Made by a program: the position numbers and the translations under genes. A DNA stretch of 61,177 nt, the filler included. It is 3 parts of 3 records of this genome, joined end to end, with 100 filler letters (N's around TTAATTAATTAA, not from the genome) between each part and the next. Parts side by side here need not be neighbours in the genome. Positions count along the whole stretch, not along the records: positions 26,842 to 55,311 come from SRR20825019_430; 2 more parts are not named here. The stretch is one strand, 5' to 3'. This document shows positions 29,486-41,600 of this stretch, in pieces. Under the pieces are notes generated by a model. That model saw only the letters and a list, made by a program, of their open reading frames with translations. It was not told where the DNA came from and searched no databases. Position 1 is the first letter of the stretch. Every line of letters begins with the position of its first letter.

Positions 29486-30426
29486 CCAAGTCAACCCCCG
29501 CATTGAGTTTTGTGATCCCGCTTTATAACAGCGAGGAGACGATCAGACCATTGGTTAAGGAAATCGAGGGACTCTCGATTGAAGGAGGGCATGAGATTGT
29601 CTTAGTGAATGACGGAAGCCGCGACCGAACAGTGGAGGTCTGCCGGGAGTTGATCGAAGAGGCGCGGATACCAGTCACATTAGTGGATCATGCGAGAAAT
29701 TTCGGAGAGCATAATGCCGTGTTGTCGGGGTGGCGCGAAGCGCGTGGCGCGCATGTGGTTAACTTGGATGATGACGGCCAAAATCCACCGAAAGAAGCTG
29801 TTCGTTTGTGGCAGCGGGCTCTGGATGAGAATTTGGATGTGGTCTTCGGGCACTACGAGACGAAGCAACATTCACTTTGGCGAAATTTCGGGAGCTGGTT
29901 CACAAACCGGATGACGGACTGGGCTTTGGATAAGCCCAAAGGATTCTATCTCTCCAGTTTCCGTTGTGTGCGCAGTTTTATCACGAAGGAAGTCGCGTCA
30001 TACGACGGACCCTTTCCGTATATCGACGGATTGCTGCTGCAAGTGACGCAGCGGATCGGGTCGTTGACGGTTTCGCATGCAGCCCGAGGGGCGGGCGAGA
30101 GCGGTTATACCTTACGCCGTTTGGTGCGATTGTGGATGAGCGCTTGGATTAATTTCTCAGTGCTTCCACTACGTTTGGCGACTTTGCTAGGTGTGGTGTT
30201 GGCAGTGGTGGGGTTGGTAAGTCTCGCGGTCGTTGCCTGGCTGAGATTTACTCATCAAGGACCGGCCTTTGGCTGGGGGTCGCTGATGGCTGCTTTACTC
30301 ATTTTCTCAGGAACGCAGTTGTTAATTCTCGGAGTTATCGGCGAGTATCTTGGCCGGATGTTTATCAGCATTAATCGTCGCCCTCAATCGGTGGTGCGGA
30401 ACGTAATTAGCAGCGGGAAACTTTGA
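29482..30426 (+). CDS. GT2 polyprenol-phosphate glycosyltransferase (ArnC/GtrB-like)
   Basis: [24 protein letters not shown], two C-terminal TM helices ending GEYLGRM. Confidence 0.9.
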   Translation: MTKSTPALSFVIPLYNSEETIRPLVKEIEGLSIEGGHEIVLVNDGSRDRTVEVCRELIEEARIPVTLVDHARNFGEHNAVLSGWREARGAHVVNLDDDGQNPPKEAVRLWQRALDENLDVVFGHYETKQHSLWRNFGSWFTNRMTDWALDKPKGFYLSSFRCVRSFITKEVASYDGPFPYIDGLLLQVTQRIGSLTVSHAARGAGESGYTLRRLVRLWMSAWINFSVLPLRLATLLGVVLAVVGLVSLAVVAWLRFTHQGPAFGWGSLMAALLIFSGTQLLILGVIGEYLGRMFISINRRPQSVVRNVISSGKL

Positions 30427-30427
30427 C

Positions 30428-31354
30428 TTAATCTCTTAAATTTAGCCGCTCCCAACGTTTGAACTCTGCATCCATACTTCGATTAATTCCTTCGAGACTT
30501 GATTGCGGCACTTTGGGGGAGAGGTGGGAGAGATAGGCGAGCAGTTCGGCTGCTTCAGGCCAAGCCACTGGAGATTGGCTTCGCGACCAATAGTCTTGTA
30601 AAAATTGCCAACCCCATGGACGCAGAGCCAGTGCGGTAAGCTGGGGTCGCCATTTTTTCGCGAGACGGAATGAATTGGCTTCATCGCTCCGCTTGCGGCC
30701 GGGAGAGGCACTGACGTGGTGGAGCACAGTGCTGCGCAAGGCGACTGCGTGGACCAGCCCGCGTTGGGAGAGACGAAAGCATAGATCGACATCTTCACCT
30801 CCATTGATGAAGGCTTCGTCGAAACCGTCGTTCTCCAGAAAGGTGCGCCGATTGATCAACAGACAGGCACCGGTAACAGCGGAGACAATGCGTAGTCTCC
30901 ACGGCCATGGATACCAGTTGTGATCGTGTTCGGGTTTACCTTTGGCGTTGATCACGATACCCGAATGGTCGATACACCGGTCATCCACCCGGCGCTGGAC
31001 ATTTCCAATGGCTCCGGCTGGGGCTCCGAGGCGTTGGTGCAGACGGAGCAGCGGCTGCCACCAACCTTTTGCGAAGACCAAATCATTGTTAATCAGGCAA
31101 AGTAACTCACCTTTTGCTGCCTGACTTCCTACATTGTTGGATGTCGCATAGCCGCGATTGCTTTCGTTCAGGATGACTCGAAAGGGTGCTGATAATATAG
31201 ACAACCACTCACGTGTTCCATCGGTGCTCCCGTCATCAACGAGAATGATTTCGTATTCCAATCCTGAGGGCAGCGAGCATTGCAAAGACGCGACACAATC
31301 GCGCGTCAACGGCAGGCAATTATAAAGGGGGATAATGAACGAAACCTGCATCAT
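30428..31354 (-). CDS. GT2 glycosyltransferase (rhamnosyltransferase-like)
   Basis: VDDGSTDGT, NRGYA, INND, VTGACLL, GFDEAFINGGEDVDLCFR. Confidence 0.88.
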   Translation of the reverse strand: MMQVSFIIPLYNCLPLTRDCVASLQCSLPSGLEYEIILVDDGSTDGTREWLSILSAPFRVILNESNRGYATSNNVGSQAAKGELLCLINNDLVFAKGWWQPLLRLHQRLGAPAGAIGNVQRRVDDRCIDHSGIVINAKGKPEHDHNWYPWPWRLRIVSAVTGACLLINRRTFLENDGFDEAFINGGEDVDLCFRLSQRGLVHAVALRSTVLHHVSASPGRKRSDEANSFRLAKKWRPQLTALALRPWGWQFLQDYWSRSQSPVAWPEAAELLAYLSHLSPKVPQSSLEGINRSMDAEFKRWERLNLRD

Positions 31355-32727
31355 GAAAGCGAAGCTGCAGACGTTATTTTCAGGCTAAGGAACAGCACGG
31401 CCAAACGCCGAGGATCATAATCGGTGGCCAAGTAGTGGGAATATCGGAAGGATAATTCGTTGTGGCCGATATTGAGAGGGAGTTTGATGCATAGTGATTC
31501 TTTCTGATTGATCCGGGGAAAGTGCACCGTGTTAATGGCAGTCCCATTGAGATGAATACTCATGGTCTGATTTTCGGTGTAGGTCAGGATATCGGCATGA
31601 AGGATGACCGTTTTGGCTTCTTCCGAGTTGATCGAAAGTTGGGTAGAGGGATAGTGCGCCCAATGGAAATGAGGAAGAAATGCTTCAGGAATAGGTCCTT
31701 CCACTGGCCCCCAGCCATCTTGCGGACTGAACCCGCTGAATTTTTCCCTTCCACTTGTTTGCATAGATTGGGGGATTTCTGCCGGAGGGATTTCGCGAAT
31801 GATACCAGTGGACCTTACGGAATCGCTATCGCCATCGAGAAGTCTGCCATGACTTGAAGCAAGGTGTTCCAAGAATGGTAGCAGAGCCTTGGCAACTCGG
31901 TGCCACCCGGCACTCGCAGCAGAATATCTCAAGTCAGTTCCATGGTATGTGATCGGTTCGAGAGATAATTGCTTCTCGGAAGCGCATATGGTGGCAAAGA
32001 ATAGCTCAGGATTTTCGGCCAGGAGTTGGTAGCCCAGACGATAGTGCATATCGAGTCCTTCGCCGGCTTTGCCCGAACTTAGTTTTTGAAGCTCGGCCAT
32101 GATAACGCGGAGCGCCTGATGTTGCGATGAGCGCAGGGGCAGGTGGGCGAGATGGAATGCCTCGGGCAAGGGCTCATCACGTAAGATTTTAGTTCCGCGT
32201 TGTAGGGAATGGCTCCCTTTGACGGCGATAATCGCTTCATCAACTGCGAGGTCTTTTGGGATGAGTAATTTCTTAGTATGAGATAATGATGGTTGGCAGT
32301 AACGCAGGCGCCGCACGGGATTAATCTCGTCTGAATTATCATTTGCGCTGGGATAGTAGTTGCGTAGCCGGAGGCTGCGTGGGGTCTTTACTTCTGAACT
32401 GCCTAATTGCTCCTCAAGACTCGCTCTGCTCGGACCAATTAAGATTTCGTCAGTGTCGAGGGGGATGATCCAGTCAGCCTCGAACTCATGAGCTGCAAGA
32501 CGAGTGAGGTGATTACTACGTAGTTGCTGGCGGTGTGCCCAATCATCATCCGTATATAGAGTCAATGGCAGCAATTCTTCCCTGAGAGCAGCGAGGATCT
32601 CTCGGGTGCCGTCAGTGCTGTCATGATCAAAGATCAAATGATGATCCACCCAATACGCCGTATGCCGGACAAAGGCTTCGATAATATCGGCTTCGTTTTT
32701 GACGATGGAAACAGCGACTAGACGCAT
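31351..32727 (-). CDS. GT2-like glycosyltransferase with C-terminal beta-sandwich domain
   Basis: VKNEADII, DHDSTDGT, PLDTDE; C-terminal GWGPVEG...DPRRLAV domain. Confidence 0.75.
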   Translation of the reverse strand: MRLVAVSIVKNEADIIEAFVRHTAYWVDHHLIFDHDSTDGTREILAALREELLPLTLYTDDDWAHRQQLRSNHLTRLAAHEFEADWIIPLDTDEILIGPSRASLEEQLGSSEVKTPRSLRLRNYYPSANDNSDEINPVRRLRYCQPSLSHTKKLLIPKDLAVDEAIIAVKGSHSLQRGTKILRDEPLPEAFHLAHLPLRSSQHQALRVIMAELQKLSSGKAGEGLDMHYRLGYQLLAENPELFFATICASEKQLSLEPITYHGTDLRYSAASAGWHRVAKALLPFLEHLASSHGRLLDGDSDSVRSTGIIREIPPAEIPQSMQTSGREKFSGFSPQDGWGPVEGPIPEAFLPHFHWAHYPSTQLSINSEEAKTVILHADILTYTENQTMSIHLNGTAINTVHFPRINQKESLCIKLPLNIGHNELSFRYSHYLATDYDPRRLAVLFLSLKITSAASLS

Positions 32728-32782
32728 GAAACCAGTGTGGCTACCATCAGCCTTAAAGCAGAGAAAAAACCGCGCGGACTAT

Positions 32783-33661
32783 TTACCCCGTGAAACGTTT
32801 CAGATAAGCACCATAGGATGATTTGCCGAGATGGGCGATATTGGCGTCCATTTGAGCGTCATTGATCCAGCCTTTAGTGTAGGCGATTTCTTCCAAGCAG
32901 GCGATTTTCAGACCGGTTCGGTTCTCCAGGACTTCAACGAACTGGGCGGCTTGAAGCAGCGAATCGTGGGTGCCGGTGTCGAGCCAGGCGGTGCCGCGAC
33001 CGAGCAGTTCGACGTGCAGATCACCACGCTCGAGGTAGAGTCGGTTCAGATCGGTGATTTCGAGTTCCCCTCGGGGGGAGGGCTGGAGGTTGCGGGCAAG
33101 TTCAACCACATCGGAATCGTAGAAATAGAGGCCGGGGACTGCGTAGTTTGATTTGGGTTTTACGGGCTTTTCCTCGAGGGAGACGACCTTCCCTTCTTTA
33201 TTAAATTCGGCCACGCCGTAAGCGGTCGGATTGGACACGTGATAGCCGAAGATTGTGGAGCCTTTGGTGCGCTCGTCGGCTTGGGAAAGCGAATCGGCGA
33301 AGTCGTGTCCGTAAAAGAGGTTGTCGCCGAGGATCAGCGCGGAGGGTTCGTTGCCGGTGAGGAAACCCACATTGGCCGCAATGGTGAAGGCCTGGGCGAG
33401 TCCGTCGGGGCTGGGTTGCTCAGCGTAGCTGAGCTTGAGTCCCAGGTTGGAACCATTACCGAGAAGTTTCTCAAAAAGGGGCAGATCGGTGGGCGTGGAG
33501 ATGATGAGCACTTCGCGAATGCCGGACAGCATCAGCACGGAAAGCGGATAGTAGATCATCGGCTTGTCGTAAACCGGCATGAGCTGCTTGGAGACCGCAA
33601 TCGTGAGCGGGTAAAGTCGGGTGCCGGAGCCGCCGGCGAGGATGATTCCTTTGCGTTGCAT
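32783..33661 (-). CDS. rfbA: glucose-1-phosphate thymidylyltransferase
   Basis: [49 protein letters not shown]. Confidence 0.96.
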   Translation of the reverse strand: MQRKGIILAGGSGTRLYPLTIAVSKQLMPVYDKPMIYYPLSVLMLSGIREVLIISTPTDLPLFEKLLGNGSNLGLKLSYAEQPSPDGLAQAFTIAANVGFLTGNEPSALILGDNLFYGHDFADSLSQADERTKGSTIFGYHVSNPTAYGVAEFNKEGKVVSLEEKPVKPKSNYAVPGLYFYDSDVVELARNLQPSPRGELEITDLNRLYLERGDLHVELLGRGTAWLDTGTHDSLLQAAQFVEVLENRTGLKIACLEEIAYTKGWINDAQMDANIAHLGKSSYGAYLKRFTG

Positions 33662-33669
33662 GAAAATGA

Positions 33670-34725
33670 TTAGGCTTTGGTGCCGATACGTTCGAGTTGG
33701 TAGGAGCCGTCGAGGATGGCCTGCCACCAAGGTTGGTTATCGAGATACCATTGGACGGTTTTTTTGAAACCGGAAGTGTGGTCCTGTTTGGGTTCCCAAC
33801 CGAGTTCGCGTTTGATCTTGGTTGCGTCGATCGCGTAGCGCAGATCGTGGCCGGGACGATCGGTGACAAAGGTGATTTGATCAGCGTAGGCTTTGCCGTC
33901 TTCGCGGGGTTTGAGTTCGTCGAGCAGGGAGCAGAGCAGAAGCACCAGATCGATGTTTTGGCGCTCGTTGTTTCCACCGATGTTGTAGGTCTCTCCGATT
34001 TTGCCTTTGGCGATTACGGTGTGCAGCGCTTCGGCATGGTCGCCGACGTAGAGCCAATCGCGGATATTTTCTCCCTTGCCGTAAACGGGTATAGGATCGC
34101 CACGCAGGGCTTTCAAAATAACGACAGGAATGAGCTTTTCCGGAAATTGGTAGGGACCGTAATTGTTGGAGCAATTGGTCACCAAGACTGGCAGCTTGTA
34201 AGTATCGGCCCAGGCCCGCGCGAGGTGATCCGAGGAAGCTTTACTCGCGGAATAAGGAGAATGTGGATCGTAAGGCGTGTCTTCCGAGAAGAGACCGGTT
34301 TCGCCAAGAGAGCCGTAAACTTCGTCGGTGGAGACGTGAAGGAAGCGAAACTGATCACGAGCCTCGCCGGTGAGCGCTTCGTAGTGCGCACGGGCGGCTT
34401 GGAGGAGGGTGAAGGTGCCAAGAATATTGGTCTGAATGAACTCGCCGGGGCCATCGATCGATCGATCCACGTGGCTTTCGGCGGCGAGATGCATTACCCA
34501 ATCAGGTTGGAAATCGGCGAAAAGCTTCGTGATGGCGGCGGTGTCGCAGATATCAGTCTGCGCGAATTGGTAACGGGGATGCGCGGCCAGATCATCGAGC
34601 GAATGACGGTTGCCCGCGTAGGTGAGTTTGTCGACGTTGAGCACGGTATGCTCCGTCGTGCTCACGAGGAGCCTCACCAAATTGCTGCCGATGAAGCCGG
34701 CACCGCCAGTAATGAGAATTTTCAT
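33670..34725 (-). CDS. rfbB: dTDP-glucose 4,6-dehydratase
   Basis: [47 protein letters not shown]. Confidence 0.96.
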   Translation of the reverse strand: MKILITGGAGFIGSNLVRLLVSTTEHTVLNVDKLTYAGNRHSLDDLAAHPRYQFAQTDICDTAAITKLFADFQPDWVMHLAAESHVDRSIDGPGEFIQTNILGTFTLLQAARAHYEALTGEARDQFRFLHVSTDEVYGSLGETGLFSEDTPYDPHSPYSASKASSDHLARAWADTYKLPVLVTNCSNNYGPYQFPEKLIPVVILKALRGDPIPVYGKGENIRDWLYVGDHAEALHTVIAKGKIGETYNIGGNNERQNIDLVLLLCSLLDELKPREDGKAYADQITFVTDRPGHDLRYAIDATKIKRELGWEPKQDHTSGFKKTVQWYLDNQPWWQAILDGSYQLERIGTKA

Positions 34726-34729
34726 AGGA

Positions 34730-35605
34730 TTAGGAGGAGGATTTAACCCAGTTGCTCAGGTCGCGCGCGACGGCTTCATGGACCTCGGTCATCTTGATGC
34801 CGGTGGCCTGAAGTTTTGAAGAATCCATGACGCAATTCGACCGTGGCGTCTTGGCGGCGGTCTGCATGAATTCATCTTCGTTATCGAAGAAGGAGTATTT
34901 CTTGGTGCAGACGTCACTTTTGAGGATATGGTCAACGATTTCTCGGGTCGTCACTTGGCCGGGATTGGTGACGTTGTAGATGCCGAAGGGCACGCGCTTT
35001 TCCCAACAGGCGAAGGTGGCGGCCACGAATTCGTGGAGTTGAGAAATCGAATTGGAAGCTTCGAGGAGGCGCTGATAGCGCATCATCTTGGTGAGATAAT
35101 TGCGGGGTCCTTCGTTATGATCGAAGGGGATGCGGAGTCGCCAAATGTAAACGTCATCACGATCGGCGAGGACTTCTTCTCCGAGTGCTTTGGTTCCACT
35201 GTAAAAGGAACAGTTGTTCGTGCGGAAACTGAAATTGGGAGTGTCTTTCTCGGTGAAACCCGAACCGTCCGCATGAGCACCGGTGTAGATACAACCGGAG
35301 GAAACGTGGCCCCAGGGAATGCCCGCTGTCGAGCAGGCTTCGGCGACGCGACCGGGAAGGACGGCATTGCCAAAAAGACACTCCGCTTTGTGGAGTTCAC
35401 AGGCATCGACATTGGGCTTTCCGGTATAACCGGCCGCATTGATGAGGAAATCGGGCTTTTCCGAGCGGAGAAGCTCTGTCAGAGCCGCAGTATCGGTGTA
35501 ATCAAAGTCGGCCCGTCGCAGATTGCGAAAGGGGATATTCTTTTTTTGCAGGAGCGCCTGATAGGCGGACCCCACATAACCGGAACCTCCGAGCAGATAG
35601 ATCAT
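34730..35605 (-). CDS. NDP-4-keto-6-deoxyglucose 3,5-epimerase/4-reductase (RmlD superfamily, NRS/ER-like)
   Basis: [52 protein letters not shown]. Confidence 0.8.
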   Translation of the reverse strand: MIYLLGGSGYVGSAYQALLQKKNIPFRNLRRADFDYTDTAALTELLRSEKPDFLINAAGYTGKPNVDACELHKAECLFGNAVLPGRVAEACSTAGIPWGHVSSGCIYTGAHADGSGFTEKDTPNFSFRTNNCSFYSGTKALGEEVLADRDDVYIWRLRIPFDHNEGPRNYLTKMMRYQRLLEASNSISQLHEFVAATFACWEKRVPFGIYNVTNPGQVTTREIVDHILKSDVCTKKYSFFDNEDEFMQTAAKTPRSNCVMDSSKLQATGIKMTEVHEAVARDLSNWVKSSS

Positions 35606-35674
35606 GAAGCGGTAACGAGACAGCGCGAACGGGACGAGGTCAATACGCCGTTTTAAGTGCTTGAGAGAGGCTGT

Positions 35675-36436
35675 CTATTTGTTCCGTTGGTAATCTCCGC
35701 GGCTGAAATATTTTTCGAGCCATACGTAGGCACAGATGAAGAAATACCGGCTGCCCATTTCCTTGATCTTGAGCTTAGCCTCTCCGAATTTTCGGTTTCG
35801 CCAGGAGATGGGCATGACGGTCCAGTCATAACCTCTGACAATCGCTTTGAGGGGAAGCTCTACAGTCAAATTGAAATGAGGAGCGAGAAAGGGGCTGCAG
35901 CCTGTGATAACGGTGCGGCGATAGGCCTTAAAAGCATTGGTGGTGTCGTTGAGCGGTATATTGAACCCTATGCGGACGAAGAAGTTAGCCAAGCGATTAA
36001 CGAATAACTTGACTCGTGGGTAGTCGATGACTTGTCCCCCTTTGACGAAGCGGCTGCCAAAGACGCATTCGTGACCTTCGTTAAGGAGTTTCCAGTATTT
36101 GACCGCATCTTCAGGGGCATCAGAAGCGTCTGCCATCATGATCACACAGGCATCACCCTTCATGTGTTTGAGTCCGAAAGTGATCGCACGTCCAAATCCA
36201 TGGGGACCGGGGTTGCTCACTGGCGCGAGAGTAGGGATGGGCTCCTTCAATCCTTCGAGAACCTTGGCTGTTTTGTCGCTGCTACCGTCATCGATCACGA
36301 TGATTTCATGCGGGATATTCGCTTTGGAGAAACAATCGTAAATTGCCTGCAGGGTTGGCGGTAGCGATTCTTCCTCATCGCGAGCGGGAATAATGACCGA
36401 ATATAAATTCAACTGTGGGAGTGGTGCTTTGCTCAT
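35675..36436 (-). CDS. GT2 DPM1-like polyprenol-phosphate glycosyltransferase
   Basis: IDDGSSD, GFGRA, MMADASD, FGSRFVKGG, DTTNAFKAYRR. Confidence 0.88.
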   Translation of the reverse strand: MSKAPLPQLNLYSVIIPARDEEESLPPTLQAIYDCFSKANIPHEIIVIDDGSSDKTAKVLEGLKEPIPTLAPVSNPGPHGFGRAITFGLKHMKGDACVIMMADASDAPEDAVKYWKLLNEGHECVFGSRFVKGGQVIDYPRVKLFVNRLANFFVRIGFNIPLNDTTNAFKAYRRTVITGCSPFLAPHFNLTVELPLKAIVRGYDWTVMPISWRNRKFGEAKLKIKEMGSRYFFICAYVWLEKYFSRGDYQRNK

Positions 36437-36441
36437 GCCTG

Positions 36442-37515
36442 CTAAAGAGGGGCTGAGAGATCGAGCCATGCGGGGTTTGTATCCGCGTGATCTGCGATTT
36501 CCGTGAGGATATCATTGGTGCTAATTTGAGGCTCCCAGTTCCAGATACTTTGTGTCTTGGCTGAATCGAGCACCATCCAAGGTATATCGAAAGGTCGTGG
36601 GGCTGCATCGCTGGAGACTTTCTGATCTCCGTAACGATCAGCACACCACGCGCTGAGCTGGCGTAAAGAACGGGAGGATTTGATGCCACCGGCACAATTG
36701 ATGATGCGGTGGTCGACTGGAAGTGTTCCAGCCGCGAATTGCTTTTGGAGTAAGGGGATCAGATCGCGGGGATGCAGGCAGTCGCGCACCTGATGTCCCA
36801 TGCCATCAAACCCGATATATTTGAGGGGGCGTTGCTGTTTCCAACTGTTGATCCAATAGGCGAAAATACCCTGGTCCGGACGACCGAATTGTCCGGCCCC
36901 GGCGAGCACGCCGCAACGATTGATGAAAACGGGCAGTTTGAAGGTCTCGCCGTATTCCAAGGCAAGCGCTTCCGAGGCCAATTTTGTCGCGCCATAGAGT
37001 GAAACCGGCGCGGTTGTGGAAAAAGATTCACTAACCCCGGCTGCAGACAGACCGATCGGAAGATTCGAATCGACGACGGGTTGATAGGCCCCATCGATGG
37101 CTTCGACGGCCAAATCAGCCAAAGGAGGGATCGAGTAAACCCGGCTGGTGCTAAGCAGGACAAACCCAGCTCCGTGCTGCTTGCAAAATTCGAGCATATT
37201 AACCGTCCCAAGCAGATTGTGCTCTACGAGTTGGCGGCTACTGGATTTCCCGTCGACACCGGCGAGGACGCTGGGATTGGCCGCGGCATCGATGACGAAA
37301 TCGACAGGAGGGAGCGTTTCCAGATCGCTGGGATTGCGGAGATCGCCGTGGAATAATTTAACTCCCCGCTGTTTGAGGTCAGCGCGATTTGATTCACTGC
37401 CGGGACGGATGAAATTATCCAGACCAAATAACTCGGTGCTGCTATCGGCCTCGAGGAGAGTGCGAGCGAGGGTGCTCCCTACAAAGCCACATATGCCGGT
37501 GATCAGAATCTTCAT
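36442..37515 (-). CDS. NAD-dependent epimerase (CDP-paratose 2-epimerase-like)
   Basis: TGICGFVGS, AANPSV, STSRVY, YGATK, QVRDCLH. Confidence 0.85.
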   Translation of the reverse strand: MKILITGICGFVGSTLARTLLEADSSTELFGLDNFIRPGSESNRADLKQRGVKLFHGDLRNPSDLETLPPVDFVIDAAANPSVLAGVDGKSSSRQLVEHNLLGTVNMLEFCKQHGAGFVLLSTSRVYSIPPLADLAVEAIDGAYQPVVDSNLPIGLSAAGVSESFSTTAPVSLYGATKLASEALALEYGETFKLPVFINRCGVLAGAGQFGRPDQGIFAYWINSWKQQRPLKYIGFDGMGHQVRDCLHPRDLIPLLQKQFAAGTLPVDHRIINCAGGIKSSRSLRQLSAWCADRYGDQKVSSDAAPRPFDIPWMVLDSAKTQSIWNWEPQISTNDILTEIADHADTNPAWLDLSAPL

Positions 37516-37572
37516 TCAGGTCAGGAAAACAGCAGGGGTGTCGAAGCGAAAGAGGATTCTTTCCCCTCAGGA

Positions 37573-38634
37573 TCAATTCGCCGCCTGGCGCTTCTGCCAC
37601 GCCTCGACGATTTGGCGGATTGTATCTTCAAGGGTCTGAGTGATATCCCAAGAAGGGAAGTGGGCCCGCATTTTGCGAAGATCCGAGTAGTAGCAGATGT
37701 GATCTCCGGCCCGATTATCATCGAGATAGGTGTGCACTTGGGCTTTTCCGGTGAACTTTTCCGTGATTTTAAAGGCCTCTAAAATCGAAGTGCTGTTAGC
37801 CTTGCCACCGCCGAGATTGTAAACTTCACCGGCGCGAGGGTTTTCCACAAACGCAGCCATAAAGCGAGCCACATCGAGCGAATGAATGTTATCCCGCACC
37901 TGTTTGCCCTTATAACCAAAGATCTTGTATTCACGTCCCTCCAGATTGCATTTCACCAAATAGGAGAGGAAACCGTGGAGTTCGACTCCCGTATGATTGG
38001 GGCCGGTGAGGCAACCTCCACGCAGAGCGCAGGTGGGCAAATTGAAGTAGCGGCCATATTCCTGCACCATCACATCGGCAGCGACTTTCGAGGCGCCGAA
38101 CAGTGAGTGTTTGGATTGGTCGATCGTAAAGGTTTCGGGAATGCCGTGCTCATAGGTCTCGTCGGCGTAGTCCCAACGAGTTTCGAGTTCAGTCAGTGCG
38201 ATGCCGTTGGGGGCGTCGCCATAAACCTTGTTGGTGCTCATGTGCACGAAGGGCGATTCGGGGCAGGCCTGGCGGGCCGCTTCAAGCAGGTTGAGTGTGC
38301 CGACAGCATTGGTGTCGAAATCGTCGAATGGAATGGCGGCGGCACGATCATGGGAGGGTTGGGCGGCTGTGTGCACAATCACAGATGGCTTCACCATTTT
38401 GACTAGTTCCAAAACGCCGGCCCGGTCACGGATGTCGATCTCGTGATGAACGAACCCGGGGAGATCGCGTTCGAGTCGCTGTTGATTCCAGCGGGTGTCA
38501 CCCTGTGGGCCAAAGAAGACGGCGCGCTGATTATTGTCCACACCATGGATGGTATAGCCGAGTTGGGAGAAATGACTGCAAACTTCGGATCCGATGAGAC
38601 CTGAAGAGCCGGTGACGAGGAGTGTTTTAGCCAT
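37573..38634 (-). CDS. NAD-dependent epimerase (CDP-tyvelose/paratose epimerase-like)
   Basis: [37 protein letters not shown]. Confidence 0.85.
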   Translation of the reverse strand: MAKTLLVTGSSGLIGSEVCSHFSQLGYTIHGVDNNQRAVFFGPQGDTRWNQQRLERDLPGFVHHEIDIRDRAGVLELVKMVKPSVIVHTAAQPSHDRAAAIPFDDFDTNAVGTLNLLEAARQACPESPFVHMSTNKVYGDAPNGIALTELETRWDYADETYEHGIPETFTIDQSKHSLFGASKVAADVMVQEYGRYFNLPTCALRGGCLTGPNHTGVELHGFLSYLVKCNLEGREYKIFGYKGKQVRDNIHSLDVARFMAAFVENPRAGEVYNLGGGKANSTSILEAFKITEKFTGKAQVHTYLDDNRAGDHICYYSDLRKMRAHFPSWDITQTLEDTIRQIVEAWQKRQAAN

Positions 38635-38688
38635 GGAAAGAGAACCTACCCTGCATGTGAATGAGAGCATTTCCAGCGAATATTGTGC

Positions 38689-41600
38689 CTAGAATCGAGC
38701 GGTTATCGAAAGCGAGTAGGTGCGGCCTCTCCAGTCGCCGTAGGCCTGCACACCGGCACCGGAAGACTCGTTGGCATATTTGGGAAAAGAAGTGTCAAAG
38801 ATGTTGTTGATCCGGAGTTGAGCCGTAAGTCCCTCGTGTTGTCCGAACCAAGGTAACCATCGTGAGAAGTCGGCTTGTGCAAAGATGTCGAACTGCCAAA
38901 AATTTTTGATTCGATCGCTGTGTTGGCTTGGCCATTCAGGAATGGGTAAGATGCGGGAGTGATAATAATGGCCGTTAAACCCAAAGGCGTATTGGGAGCC
39001 GGTCCAGCTGGTGCCGAAATTGGAACGATATCGCATTAACCCGGAAGCGGTGCCATCGGGAAACTCGAGTTGGTTAACAGTGGGACTTGTTGGGAATATT
39101 TTCCGGTCATATTTTTGGAAAAATACCAAACGGGTGTAGGCATCCAATCGTCCGCCGAAGCAATCGATCCAAGAATAATCCAGTGACGCATTCCAATTTT
39201 GCGAGTCGCGCGAGGATATGTTGGAGAGTCCGGTGAGCACCGAGGTGACATGGCCCACCGAATGTGTATCGCCGGGAGTCAGCGGAGCTCGAGTGATCCG
39301 GTCAGGCCACAACGTTTCGAGATTCAAAAGAGTTTGGGGCAGCAAAAAGAGTATTTCGTTTTCCTTCCGGGTATCCACGAAATCCAGGCTCGCCCTAAAG
39401 CGATGAATATCACCGCGCTGAAACAACAGGCCGAGACTTTGGGTGACCGCACCTTCCGGAATAATGTCGGGGTTCAAATCTTCATAAGTCTCGACCGCGT
39501 AAGTTTCATCTCTACGCGGGTCGTAGATATTCGTGTAGTTGATTCCGGGGCCTCCTCCTGAAGGCGCGGTGACACGCCTGCTCATCGCCGAAGTGGGGAA
39601 GCGATTAGAAAATGAAGCGGAACCGCGCAAAGAGAGCCCGCCTGAGAAATCCACTTTGAGTCCGATAGTTGGTGCGAAGTTCGTCTCGCGAGAGGTGTCT
39701 GCGATGACGTAGCGCACTGCGATATCGGCTTCGATAGCTTCGACCCAAGATGGCAATTTACGGGTCGGCAGCAGCGGCGCCTGAATCTCTCCAAATACAC
39801 TTAACCGTTCAAGGGTGCGTCCTTCCCAAAGGACAGCAGGTGTTGCCAAGCTGCCGTCGGCATAGGTGACTTTTTGAGTATAATCTTTGAGTTGAGTGAG
39901 GCGGTAATCGAAGCCGAGTGCCGCGACAGACGTGCCGGTCGGAATGTGGAGATTCTGATTGGTCGCACGGATGGCTGTATCAAGGGCATGGTAGTCGCCA
40001 AGTTTAGCGAATTGATCACGTTCGCCAAAATAGATCAGAGCTTGGTCGTAAAATTCCTGTGGGGCGCCGTGGAGTTGAGTGTCTCGCAGAGGATTATAGA
40101 TTCCTTGGTCTACAAGCTGCTGCCATCGAGTTTTATCGACGCCGGCAAAACCACGATAGAGGGCCGTGTTACGTGCGTATTGGGCATCAAGTGAGAGTTT
40201 CCAATCCGCTGGCAGTTTAATGAGCGCGCCAACCAAAGTGGAAAAAAGTTCGAGATGTGCCTCGCTGTAGTCTTCGCCGAGATCCGGTGCTGTCTCGTTG
40301 AGAGAGACGAAGATGTCCTGACCGAAGGGATTGAGGGAGGAGGTTGCGTCCAATTTTAAGTCACCCCGAAACACATCGTAGCCGCGATTGACGACGGTTT
40401 GGGTATACATGCTGTCGATGCCGATTTGCAGCCAGCTAAACGCATCATAAACCGCAGAAATGAAATAGGACTGGCGCTCTTGTCGGCGCCCGAAGGGATT
40501 GTCGATACTATCAGGCGATGCGGCGAAGCCTCCGGGAGAATCGTAGAGATCGAAATTACGAATCCCATCACGTCCCGTGAAGGCCGTGATACCTCCGCTT
40601 CCATTCGAGCCGGGAGCGACTGAAGTGGTTGTGGCAGAGCTGGTGCTAAATAGCGGGCTGTTGTTCGCACTGCGAACATTCGGTGTGGCGCGATAGATGG
40701 CACCGGTTGGAGCAGCCGTCGTGGTGTTGTTCGCGCGTTGATAGCCAAGTTCCGATTCAGTTGCCGGAACCGCTTTGGCGTAGGTGGCGTTATAGCGCAG
40801 GCGCAAGCGATCGTCGAGAAGCGTGCGTCCGTGGAGAAGAGATACAGATGAATTGGGAGCGTCAAAACCACCCACGGCGTTGGTGTAAGTGGTGGTCACT
40901 TCAGTGTGATTAATGTCCGGACGTAGGACGATATTAATGACTCCACCGACAGGGTTGCCGTTGTAGATGGAGGATGCAGATGACGGGAGCACCTCGATTT
41001 GCTGCACCAAACTGAGGGGGATCGAATTGACGTCGGGCGCGCCGAGCATGCCATCAACGGTGGCGGATGATTCGGGGAGGCGGCGACCATTCACGAGGAT
41101 GATGGTGGCATCGGAGCCATATCCCCGGAGATTCAAATTAGAACTGCCGGCAAGGAAGCTGTCCTGTGCACCGTTTTGTTCGGGAGGAAGCGTGGAGGCA
41201 TCGCTATCCAACAGTTCGCGACGAAGGAAGTCGTTCAGATCGACAACTCCGCTGCGAGAAATCTGATCGCGTTCATAGATTTTGTAGGGAAGAGCATCAT
41301 CTTCGGAACGTGGGAGATCGATATTGCCAACGGCCACGCGGGGGATGAGGGCGCGTTGGGAGAAGGTATACCGTCGTGCGCTCTCGTCTGTGACGATGAA
41401 TGCCTCGAGCTTCAGAAGATCATCAGCCAACAGCAGGGTTTGTGGCGCCAACTGCAGGGTTTGAGACGCACGCACCTCAAGACCTTCCCAAACGATGGGC
41501 CGATGGTCTTGCGCTTCGGCGAGGAGATTGTGGTTGCCCGGCGGCACCAAGCTAAACGTAAAACCACCACCACGGTTAGTTACGGTTGTTTGGCGCGCAC

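Noticed and set aside
33697-34746. 349-aa + strand ORF
   Set aside because: Antisense shadow of rfbB with no motifs of its own
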